Below are positions 1-6,988 of a stretch of DNA of 14,051 bases, piece by piece (the stretch's first letter is position 1; every line of letters begins with the position of its first letter). The translations under genes and the position numbers were made by a program. Below the pieces are notes generated by a model. That model saw nothing but the letters and a program-made list of their open reading frames with translations, was not told the DNA's origin and searched no databases. Origin of the DNA: an uncultured bacterium (lineage in GTDB: Bacteria > Lernaellota > Lernaellaia > Lernaellales > Lernaellaceae). Location of the stretch: the NCBI GenBank assembly GCA_964534375.1, contig CAZHPN010000160.1:1-14051 (forward strand). The letters run 5' to 3'.

Positions 1-540
1 AGGCGACCGCCCGCAAGCGTTTCCGCCGTCGGCGAGAAACAAAAAATAAAATAAAATGGCCCTGAGTCTCGCCACCGCCGTTGTCGGGAAGGATCGCCCG
101 CCGCGCCGTGCCGCCCGCCGCGCCGTATCTTCCCCGTTTGGCCGCTACGGGGCATTGTGGCCGCGCCCGCGTCGGTTTTCACGCCGTTGTCGCCCGCGGC
201 GGTCCCAGGTCCAGAAAAATTTTAAATAAACACACTGGCTGGCTTCGTATATCTCTTTTGCTGCGCCCCCGGTGAGGTCGCCGCGTTTTCACCTCGCCGT
301 CCATCCGCGTCGTCGCTCGTCGTCGGCGTCGCCGCGCGGCCGTCGCCGCCGCCGCTCGCTCCGGCCGTTTGCCCTGCGTCGTCGCGCTGGGCGTGTCCGC
401 TGGCCCGGCTCGCGGTCACCCACGCGCGGCCCGCTCGTGGGCGCGGTCGTGGTCGGCGTGGCGTGCGGCGCGCGGTGCGCCATCGTGCGTAGCGCGGTGT
501 CCACCGTACCCCTGGATTTAACCGCCTGACCTGAATGCAC

Positions 541-580
541 AAGGGGTCGCCCGCAAGATTTAGTGGACGGCCCCTTTCTT
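541..580 (+). terminator. Hairpin, possible intrinsic terminator
   Basis: AAGGGGTCGCCCGC-AAGATTTA-GTGGACGGCCCCTT pairs with two G-U pairs and one mismatch, then TCTT and ATATATAT. No clear + strand gene upstream. Confidence 0.3.
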
Positions 581-748
581 ATATATATGGCCCGGTTCGC
601 CGGCCCGGTCGCCCAGGCGCGGCCCTGGCCCGCTCGCGGACCGTCGGGCGGCTTTCTCTTCGAGCGCTGTGAAATTTGTCACGCGTAAAACCGGCTTTAC
701 GATTTCGGGCGGGGGTTTTTGCGGCTTCGTCGGCGGCGTCGGTTTCCC

Positions 749-1720
749 TTACGCTTCCTCGTCATTCGGTTCGTCGTCGTCTTCCGCACGCGGCGGCCTC
801 GGCAGCATAATGTTCGCCGGGTCGATGACTTCATCCGGGTCCACGTCAATAATGTCGTCGGCTTGCGCTCCCTCGGAGAGCCGCAACTGCGCCCTTCGCG
901 CGAGGCGAATCATTTTCTGCGCCGCCTGCGGCGATCCGTCCCCCGGATTCAGGCGGACCAGTTCGTCGGCCGTCATGCCCAGGAGCGCCCCGATTGAAAT
1001 TGTAACCATGCCATCGTCGCCCGAATGTTGGTGGACGTTCACATGAACGCCGGAACGGCCCGGCCCGATCCCCAATTCGCGTTGTATAACGACGAAACCT
1101 TTCAAGGCGGTCTTGTCGTCGCCGGCCGCAAGGTTGCGCTCAACTAAATCCGAAAGTGCTTGAAGTCTAGGGCCGGGCAGCGCAAACGGCGCTTGCGTCG
1201 CCGCGTCGAAGGTCGTCTTGCATTCGGCGACCTCCTTGCCAAACTTCTTGCTTTCATAAATCAGGCTGCGGCAGGCGGTTTCGATTCGGGCCTTTGTGAA
1301 CCCGGCGGGAATGCCAAACCGTTCTTGAAATTTGAACGCCATGAAAGTTGGGCCGCAATGATACATCGAATACGTGGTCACCGCCCATTTTCTGTATTCC
1401 AAATTGTCGAAAAGTCTTCCGCGCGCAATCGAGTTTTTCGCCAACAGCGGCGGCGATCCAGCCGGCCGAAGTTGCCAGGCCGCAGAATTTTCGTCGTCGC
1501 TACGGGGCCGCGGGATGGCGGGCGCGGCGTCGTTCGCGGATGATTCGGGAGCGCGCGTATTTGCGCTTTGTCCGTTCAAGGCGACAATGTCGTTTTCGGC
1601 TGTTTCGTCCGCGTAGCTTTCTTCCGGGTTTCCCTGTATGGAGTGGGAAGCGCGACGAAAGGAAGGCATCGTGCTTTTTACCGGCGTTCTCGTTACTGGT
1701 TTTCTTGCTGGCGGCGTCAT
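749..1720 (-). CDS. Hypothetical protein, possibly phage terminase small subunit-like (DUF2280-like)
   Basis: 323-aa ORF with low-complexity N-terminus and acidic tail around a folded-looking core. The segment SKKFGKEVAECKTTFDAATQAPFALPGPRLQALSDLVERNLAAGDDKTALKGFVVIQRELG recalls the helical pattern of DUF2280/TerS-like proteins (remote, by eye). Start codon uncertain. Confidence 0.55.
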   Translation of the reverse strand: MTPPARKPVTRTPVKSTMPSFRRASHSIQGNPEESYADETAENDIVALNGQSANTRAPESSANDAAPAIPRPRSDDENSAAWQLRPAGSPPLLAKNSIARGRLFDNLEYRKWAVTTYSMYHCGPTFMAFKFQERFGIPAGFTKARIETACRSLIYESKKFGKEVAECKTTFDAATQAPFALPGPRLQALSDLVERNLAAGDDKTALKGFVVIQRELGIGPGRSGVHVNVHQHSGDDGMVTISIGALLGMTADELVRLNPGDGSPQAAQKMIRLARRAQLRLSEGAQADDIIDVDPDEVIDPANIMLPRPPRAEDDDEPNDEEA

Positions 1721-2259
1721 TTTGGGGTTCTACGCCTTTGTTCAATAATTCATGTTTTTTCTTGTAGCTTACGTTCGGAGTTGTGGTCAACGAAAAGCTG
1801 TGGTCGCGTCAACCCGCACGCTTTCCCGTTTCGCACCGTCGGCGGCCTTGTTCCGTTGGTCCCTTGTCTTTGGCGGTCGCCCGTTCCGCGGCCCGGTCGC
1901 CGGCGTTGTCGCGGTCCGTCCTCGTTTACCCCGACGTCACTCTTCCGCCCACGTTTCTCGTTCCGCGCCGCCGTCGTCCTACCGTGTCGGTCGCCGCTGT
2001 CGCCGCTTGCGCCGCCGCTGGCGCGGCCGTCGTCGCCGGCCGGTCGTCGTCGTTGTACTGCTCGAAGCGCGGCGTCACGTCCGCCATTCGCCCGCGCTTC
2101 CGGCCGGGCCGCCGTCGGCGCGCATTCGCGTCGTCGTCGTTGTCGTCGTCTGTCTTTCTTTTCCCTTCCTTCCTACCTGCCGTTGATCCCGCCCTCGTGA
2201 TCCGCCGTCACCCGATTGAGCGGGCGGCTTGTCGGGCTTTTGTGCGGTGCCGTGGTGGT

Positions 2260-2408
2260 ATTAATATTAATGCCGTCGCACGTGCGACGCGGGAGATTTG
2301 GCGCTGTCAAGTCGCACGTGAACCGTTACCGCTCTCAAGATCGCGTTCGCAAAAACGAGCGTCACGTCGCACGTGTGCCTTGGAATTACGTCGCACGTGC
2401 GACGCGGG
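2260..2408. repeat. Iteron-like repeat cluster with AT-rich palindrome (putative origin of left module)
   Basis: GTCGCACGTG at 2275, 2311, 2366 and 2390. Exact 20-bp repeat CGTCGCACGTGCGACGCGGG at 2274-2293 and 2389-2408, containing a perfect 16-bp palindrome. ATTAATATTAAT at 2260-2271. Confidence 0.75.
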
Positions 2409-2964
2409 CTTCTGTTTTCTGTGCGGTTTTCATTCCGTTCTGCCTTGGCAGGTCTGGCGGATGACGCCGCAAGTTTTTTGGAACGGCCCACCGACCGTCA
2501 GGATGGAAAAAGTTCTTCCAGTCGGCGGCAATGAACGGACATTCCACGAGGAACCGACCGTGGTGGGCAAAATCATACTCACGATAACGGTACGACACGT
2601 GGTAGCGTGCGCGCCTGTATTCCCCGTTGGGAACCGCGTGCGGGGAGCAACCAGGGTCCGCGCGTTCAATCAGGCCCAAGCAAATCGCCGTAAATAGGCC
2701 GCGCCGGAATTGGTGTGTGTTCAGATCGAGCGGTCCCGATTTGTAGCCGAGTTCCAAATTGCGTTCTGTCCAACCGCGGATTCCTGGGTCATATTTTCTT
2801 GCGGCTTGTAAATTGAGGAGCACCCAAACCGCTTCATGGTGCTCGACAAGCCCCGTAAGAACATCGGGGTATTTCTGGAGGTCCGCCAAGCCAAGAACCC
2901 AAAGTTGCTCGCCCGGCTTTCTCTTTACTCTTCCTCGATGACGCCACGGCATTGCTCGGTTCAC
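2386..2964 (-). CDS. Winged-helix DNA-binding / Rep-like protein, paralogue of the N-terminus of 5550-6887
   Basis: LGLIERADPG...YRRARYHVSY wHTH-like wing and 23/49 gapless identity with the 5550-6887 protein. Start is GTG 2964 or ATG 2952. The gene ends at the first iteron. Confidence 0.8.
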   Translation of the reverse strand: MNRAMPWRHRGRVKRKPGEQLWVLGLADLQKYPDVLTGLVEHHEAVWVLLNLQAARKYDPGIRGWTERNLELGYKSGPLDLNTHQFRRGLFTAICLGLIERADPGCSPHAVPNGEYRRARYHVSYRYREYDFAHHGRFLVECPFIAADWKNFFHPDGRWAVPKNLRRHPPDLPRQNGMKTAQKTEARVARAT

Positions 2965-3023
2965 CTTTTTCGGGCGGCACCGCGACCGAACGCCTTCGCG
3001 GGCCTGCCGAGAGTGTTCCTCAA
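2961..3023 (-). CDS. Putative 20-aa coupling peptide (MRNTLGRPAKAFGRGAARKR)
   Basis: TTG start overlaps the xis stop (TTGA) and its TGA overlaps the GTG of the Rep-like gene (GTGA). Same position as 5369-5539 in the right module. Confidence 0.3.
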   Translation of the reverse strand: MRNTLGRPAKAFGRGAARKR

Positions 3024-3217
3024 CCTATGCGACGCGCGACGCGCGGCTCACCGCTCTGCTCGGCCAGCCATTTCTCGATCTTGTCGATGTCGAATCGCAG
3101 GCGTCCGCCGACCTTCGTAAACGGAATACGTCCCTCGGCTTTCATGTTGTAAACCGTTCCACGCGCGATCTTCAAATACTTGGCCAATTCATCGGGACTA
3201 ACGAATCTGTCTTTCAT
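3020..3217 (-). CDS. Excisionase-like helix-turn-helix protein (HTH_17/MerR-like), 65 aa
   Basis: VSPDELAKYLKIARGTVYNMKAEGRIPFTKVGGRLRFDIDKIEKWL is a typical excisionase pattern. GAGGAG RBS lies 7 nt before ATG 3217. Confidence 0.9.
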   Translation of the reverse strand: MKDRFVSPDELAKYLKIARGTVYNMKAEGRIPFTKVGGRLRFDIDKIEKWLAEQSGEPRVARRIG

Positions 3218-3245
3218 AACGGTGCTCCTCATGGTTTCCAATCGC

Positions 3246-3273
3246 ATTGTCCGCGCATCCATGCATTCGTCAA
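3246..3273 (-). promoter_or_regulatory. Putative sigma70 promoter for left xis operon
   Basis: TTGACG-N16-GACAAT on the - strand with an A-rich tract upstream, about 30 nt before the xis start. Confidence 0.45.
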
Positions 3274-3423
3274 TATTTTTGAGGCCCGCAGGAACCCCCG
3301 CGAAAAGCACGCCCGTCGTCCGACGCTTTGTCGGCGGCGAAAGACTGACTTCCGGCGTTGTGGTCGCACGGCTGGGCCGGTTGAGCCACCGTCCTTTGAT
3401 CCTTCGGCCGGCTTCTATGCCCC

Positions 3424-3443
3424 GGTGTCCACATAGGTGTCCA
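3424..3443. repeat. Direct repeat pair, candidate integrase arm-type sites (left arm)
   Basis: GGTGTCCA at 3424-3431 and 3436-3443, about 120 bp from the tRNA fragment. Confidence 0.45.
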
Positions 3444-3565
3444 TGCTGCGTCACAAAGCCATGAAACCGACTGAAAGCGGATGAACCGCGGAAACGCCTT
3501 TATTCGCGTGTGTTTTCCGAGGTTTTCTTTGTTTTCGCGCCCTTGCACTCTTGTCCGTTTTGGGA

Positions 3566-3607
3566 CTTACACACCGAAGGCCGCCGGTTCGATCCCGGCT
3601 CCGCCCA
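3566..3607 (+). other. 3' half of tRNA-Val(TAC): att core / tRNA remnant
   Basis: Anticodon loop CTTACAC, stem strand ACCGA, variable region AGGCC, perfect T arm GCCGG-TTCGATC-CCGGC, acceptor strand TCCGCCC and discriminator A. No matching 5' half (D arm, GGGCGG) upstream and no CCA. It lies about 190 bp before an integrase. Confidence 0.85.
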
Positions 3608-3615
3608 GTCAACAG

Positions 3616-3628
3616 AATCAAGCGGTTA
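3616..3628 (+). promoter_or_regulatory. IHF-consensus site beside att core
   Basis: AATCAAGCGGTTA matches WATCAANNNNTTR exactly, 8 bp after the tRNA fragment. Confidence 0.55.
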
Positions 3629-3659
3629 GTTCATTTTCGCGGTGGCGGACGGCGCGGCT

Positions 3660-3688
3660 TTTCGGCCAATTTCGGCCAACAAGGCCAA
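3660..3688. repeat. Tandem 10-bp repeats, candidate integrase arm-type sites (right arm)
   Basis: TTTCGGCCAA at 3660-3669 and 3670-3679, plus partial GGCCAA at 3683-3688. Confidence 0.55.
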
Positions 3689-3709
3689 GAAACGAAGTGC
3701 CGCCGATGC

Positions 3710-3768
3710 GAAAAAAAGTTGCCGCGCCTTCAAGATGCGCAAGGCTCGCCTGGTAAGTTCAACAATGG
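3710..3768 (+). promoter_or_regulatory. Repeated regulatory/promoter block, copy 1 (upstream of integrase)
   Basis: GAAAAAAA...TCAAGATGCGCAAGGCTCGCCTGGTAAGTTCAACAATGG. It shares an exact 14-mer TCGCCTGGTAAGTT with 5083-5096 and contains an extended -10-like TGgTAAGTT. Confidence 0.6.
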
Positions 3769-3798
3769 GGAAACACGACTTACGCAGGTAGAAACAGC

Positions 3799-5121
3799 AT
3801 GGATACGATTGAGCCCGTAGCCGCACCGAACGCCGTGACCGAGACCGCGCGCCCCGGCAAGCGCACGAAGCGCGCCGGGCGATATGCTGCGCTGCCGGTC
3901 AGGGATCATGGCGGTTGGCGCATCCGGTGGATAGACGCGAGCGGCAAGCGGCGGTCACGGTCTTTCCCTGCCGACGGCTACCAGGCCGCAGTGGCCGAGC
4001 TTGAGCGCGTCAAGGGCGAGGTCCGAGCGATCAAAGACGGACGCGCCCCCCGCCCCGTCGCCGCGCCGACGTTCGCCGACTTCTGGGAGCGGTTCTACCG
4101 ACCGAACAAGACCGACCAAAAGCGCAACCCCAAAGATGACAATTCGATTTACAAGAAGCACCTGAAAGTCGAATTCGGCGACTTGCCAGTCAACCGTATC
4201 ACGACGGGCCACGTCGAACCGTTCCGCACCAAGCTGCATCGGGCGAAGTTGAAGGCGAACACGATCCGCAACATTCTGGCGTTGCTGGACGCCGTGCTCC
4301 GCTACGCCCAGTCCATGAACTACCTGTACGCGCCGCCGAAGATTGAGAAGCCGAAGACGAGCCTTACGACGTTCAACTACTTGAAGACCGATGCCGAAAT
4401 TGCCGCGTTCCTGCGAGAGGCCCACAAGGCGTCGGACAAGGCGGAGACGGCGGCGCGGGAGCGACCGACAACCGACGACCGCCCAATCGTGGGGATCGAA
4501 GCCTACTCGCTTTTCGCGGCTGCCCTTTACAGCGGAATGCGCGCCGGTGAATTGTTCGGCTTGCGATGGTCGGACGTAGATTTTGACCGCGCCCTGATAA
4601 CTGTGCAGCACAGTTTCGATAAGCCGACCAAGACCGGAAAGGTGCGCCACGTTCCGATCATGCAAACCCTCGCCCCAATCCTCAAGGCTTGGCGGTTGAA
4701 AAACAACAACGGGGCCGACGGCCTAGTATTTCCGAACGGCGCAGGAAACATGCACACGCCCAGCCCGCGCGTGATTACCGAAACGTTCCCCGCCGTCGTT
4801 GCCGCCGCCGGTTTGGCCAAATTGCGGTTTCACGATTTGAGGCACACGTTCGCAAGTTTGTGGGTAATGTGCGGCGGCGATCTTTTCATGCTGCAAAAGA
4901 TTCTCGGTCACTCGACACAAGCGATGGTCCAGCGCTACGCCCATCTTGCGCCCGAAGCCTTTGACAAAGTGCGCGGTATTTTCGGCGACGCGCCCCCGAC
5001 GACCGAGCCCGGCGAGGTAGTCGCCTTCGACGACCGGGAAAAAAATTCACTTCGCGGTCAAGGTGAGCAAGAGTCGCCTGCTTCGCCTGGTAAGTTAAGG
5101 AATGGATCATTAACGCACTAA
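3799..5121 (+). CDS. int: Tyrosine recombinase / phage-type integrase
   Basis: Catalytic set present: R (SGMRAGEL), K (KPTKTGK), HxxR (FHDLRHTFAS), H (LGHS), Y (RYAH). N-terminal arm-binding-like WRIRWIDASGKRRSRSF and SAM-like core-binding region. Confidence 0.97.
   Translation: MDTIEPVAAPNAVTETARPGKRTKRAGRYAALPVRDHGGWRIRWIDASGKRRSRSFPADGYQAAVAELERVKGEVRAIKDGRAPRPVAAPTFADFWERFYRPNKTDQKRNPKDDNSIYKKHLKVEFGDLPVNRITTGHVEPFRTKLHRAKLKANTIRNILALLDAVLRYAQSMNYLYAPPKIEKPKTSLTTFNYLKTDAEIAAFLREAHKASDKAETAARERPTTDDRPIVGIEAYSLFAAALYSGMRAGELFGLRWSDVDFDRALITVQHSFDKPTKTGKVRHVPIMQTLAPILKAWRLKNNNGADGLVFPNGAGNMHTPSPRVITETFPAVVAAAGLAKLRFHDLRHTFASLWVMCGGDLFMLQKILGHSTQAMVQRYAHLAPEAFDKVRGIFGDAPPTTEPGEVVAFDDREKNSLRGQGEQESPASPGKLRNGSLTH
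5038..5105 (+). promoter_or_regulatory. Repeated regulatory/promoter block, copy 2 (inside integrase 3' end, upstream of xis)
   Basis: GAAAAAAA...TCAAGGTGAGCAAGAGTCGCCTG-CTTCGCCTG-GTAAGTTAAGGAATGG, homologous to 3710-3768 with a 9-bp insertion. Confidence 0.6.
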
Positions 5122-5141
5122 CCACGTGAAAGGATCGAAAC

Positions 5142-5372
5142 ATGGAAACCACCACAAACACCGACCGCACCCTGACCGTTGCGCAAGCCGCGCAGTTCTT
5201 GGGAATCAAAACCAGCACGCTTTATAGTTGGACGTGCGAGTCGCGCCGTCGGCCCGGCCTGAAATTCATACATTATGGTCGCCGGTGCATTCGCTTTCGC
5301 GAGTCCGACCTACGAGAGTTTCAAGAAGAACATCTAGTTCAAGTTCCGGCCGACAATCGCGGTGGCATGTGA
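5142..5372 (+). CDS. Excisionase/AlpA-like helix-turn-helix protein
   Basis: LTVAQAAQFLGIKTSTLYSW...PGLKFIHYGRRCIRFRESDLREF pattern, AAGGA RBS, immediately downstream of the integrase. Confidence 0.9.
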   Translation: METTTNTDRTLTVAQAAQFLGIKTSTLYSWTCESRRRPGLKFIHYGRRCIRFRESDLREFQEEHLVQVPADNRGGM

Positions 5373-5539
5373 ACACCGATCACATAACGCTGTTTGGTCG
5401 GCACCCGCCCGGCGGCTGTGCGGACGTCACCGTCGCCCAGTTGATGGCGGAGCTTGGCGTCTGCGTTCCCAAACTTCGCAAGGCCGTGAGTCCCGACCAT
5501 GCCGATCTGGACATCACCAGGGCGACGGCTGTCGAGTAG
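5369..5539 (+). CDS. Small hypothetical protein, 56 aa (MNTDHITLFGRHPPGG...)
   Basis: GTG start overlaps the xis stop (GTGA) and the ORF fills the gap up to the RBS of the next gene. Confidence 0.5.
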   Translation: MNTDHITLFGRHPPGGCADVTVAQLMAELGVCVPKLRKAVSPDHADLDITRATAVE

Positions 5540-5549
5540 GGGGTTCTCG

Positions 5550-6887
5550 ATGCACAGAAGAAAACTCCACGACGAAGAAAAAAAAGGCTTCATTCCTGGA
5601 CCGCCCTGGGGTGCCAGGAGCAAGCCAGCCTGGAAAGAACTTGATCTGGCCGCGCTCGGGTTACTGGTGAAAATGCGGTCGTACTGGAACGGCGCAACCG
5701 CAGACTTCAAATTCGCCTATAGCGACGCCCCGATGTGCAGCAAGCGCGAGTTCATTCGATTGGTTTTCCTCCTCCTCAGGCTGGGTTTCATCGAGCGCAC
5801 CGACAGCGGCGGCGTCAACAACAACTTCGTCAACAGGGACGCCGATTTGCCCGAGGGCCGCTACCGCGCCGCTCGATACAGAATCAGCTTCAAGTGGACG
5901 CGCTACGATCCGGCGAAGCCTGGGCTGTTCATCTTGGAATCCCCGCATTTGCCGGGAAGCTGGAAACGATGCTTTCTCCCGGACGGTTCGTGGGCGCCTG
6001 GCGTCGATCCAAAACTGGCTCCAGGAAGAAAGCGAGAACTTAGTCCGGGCGTCGCTCGAACCACCAACAAAAGAGAAGCGACAGAGGGTTCCGCCGCCGA
6101 AAACAAGAGACCGGACTCAACCGGCGACTCGGCAAAGTCCGCATCGGTTCCAACCGGAGACTCGGACGATTCGACGCAAAATTCCATCGGTCTCAACCGG
6201 AGACCGTTGGCGGAAATCTCCGAGTCTCAACCGGAAACGCATTTATATATTTACCAGCCCCCCGGCGCCACGGGCGACGGCGATGGGGGGCTGTTCATGA
6301 AAGAGAGAGAGCGGAGCCAAGAGCCCAATCAGACGCATGTTTCTATGACAGAGCATCACCCGATCACCACAGACGATGCGGCTATCACCCCCACTGCCTC
6401 GACAAGTCACGAATCGACCATTCCCCCGGAGCGCAATGAGCTAGATGAGTTGACGGTCGAAGAGTTCGATCTCGATTGGGTGAGGGAAATAGAGAACCCG
6501 CCCGACCTCCCACCGCTTTTGGATAATCCCATCATGGAGTATGAAGAAGACAGACCGTATGACGCCAACACCGATCACACAATAGTCGGCCCACATTTCG
6601 CGCTGATCCTGGCTGTGGTCTACGACGAACTCGCCAAGCTGAACGGCCGACGACCCGCAACTCCGCACCAGGTGGCCATCATGCAGCCTATTGACGTGCA
6701 GGCTCTTGCAGAAGCCCTTAAGCCCGACCGCGAACTAGTGTTCGGTCTGGAACGAATCAAGGCCCTGATGGCGGCTGGGGAGCCGCCAGAGTCCGCCCCA
6801 CCGACGACCGAGGAGGAATACCGGCGGCAAGCGGCCGAGCGGGCGCGCAAGGCGCGAGAAATCTTCCCGGACATGACGCCGCTGTGA
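5550..6887 (+). CDS. Rep-like protein: N-terminal winged helix, iteron-encoded linker, C-terminal region of unknown function
   Basis: SKPAWKELDLAALGLL...WNG...YS...LGFIERTDSGG...ARYRISFKW resembles wHTH proteins of island/satellite elements. AGGGGG precedes ATG 5550 (the ORF track starts at 5499). Internal iterons resemble the layout of lambda O-type initiators. Confidence 0.75.
   Translation: MHRRKLHDEEKKGFIPGPPWGARSKPAWKELDLAALGLLVKMRSYWNGATADFKFAYSDAPMCSKREFIRLVFLLLRLGFIERTDSGGVNNNFVNRDADLPEGRYRAARYRISFKWTRYDPAKPGLFILESPHLPGSWKRCFLPDGSWAPGVDPKLAPGRKRELSPGVARTTNKREATEGSAAENKRPDSTGDSAKSASVPTGDSDDSTQNSIGLNRRPLAEISESQPETHLYIYQPPGATGDGDGGLFMKERERSQEPNQTHVSMTEHHPITTDDAAITPTASTSHESTIPPERNELDELTVEEFDLDWVREIENPPDLPPLLDNPIMEYEEDRPYDANTDHTIVGPHFALILAVVYDELAKLNGRRPATPHQVAIMQPIDVQALAEALKPDRELVFGLERIKALMAAGEPPESAPPTTEEEYRRQAAERARKAREIFPDMTPL
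6111..6253. repeat. Four intragenic iterons plus AT-rich tract (putative origin of right module)
   Basis: CAACCGG core at 6118, 6151, 6194 and 6228 (spacings 33, 43, 34) with quasi-palindromic flanks, e.g. CGGTCTC-AACCG-GAGACCG at 6188-6206. ATTTATATATTTA follows at 6241-6253. Confidence 0.75.
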
Positions 6888-6988
6888 TCCGCCTTCAGAA
6901 GCTCGCTGTCGCACTTTGGCCTCGCAGCGACGCTCAAACTCCCGCGAGGCGCGTGAAGAAGCTCTTGACGAACTCATCGGCTTTTCCA

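Larger units (their letters stand above)
1..3607 (-). mobile_element. End of a second related phage/satellite-like element (left end not in window)
   Basis: xis, Rep-like gene with iterons and a TerS-like ORF all read away from the att core. Confidence 0.5.

Noticed and set aside
1500..1790. 96-aa - strand ORF overlapping the start of 749-1720
   Set aside because: It overlaps extensively out of frame and has no motif. I cannot exclude that it marks a frameshifted true start.
2274..2408. CRISPR-like array (also considered for 6111-6240)
   Set aside because: The repeats are short and irregularly spaced with no cas genes nearby. An iteron interpretation fits better.
1568..2697. Long + strand ORFs (210, 144 and 304 aa)
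   Set aside because: They are Arg/Ser/Val-rich products of A-poor low-complexity DNA, antisense to better-supported genes, with no recognisable motifs.
3218..3454. N-terminal extension of left xis (144-aa ORF call)
   Set aside because: A strong RBS at ATG 3217 and a promoter-like sequence within the extension point to the 65-aa form.
3530..3610. Intact tRNA gene
   Set aside because: The upstream sequence gives no D arm, no 5' acceptor strand and no partner for the anticodon stem, so only the 3' half is present.
6888..6960. Terminator after the right Rep-like gene
   Set aside because: Only short alternative inverted repeats are present, with no U-tract.
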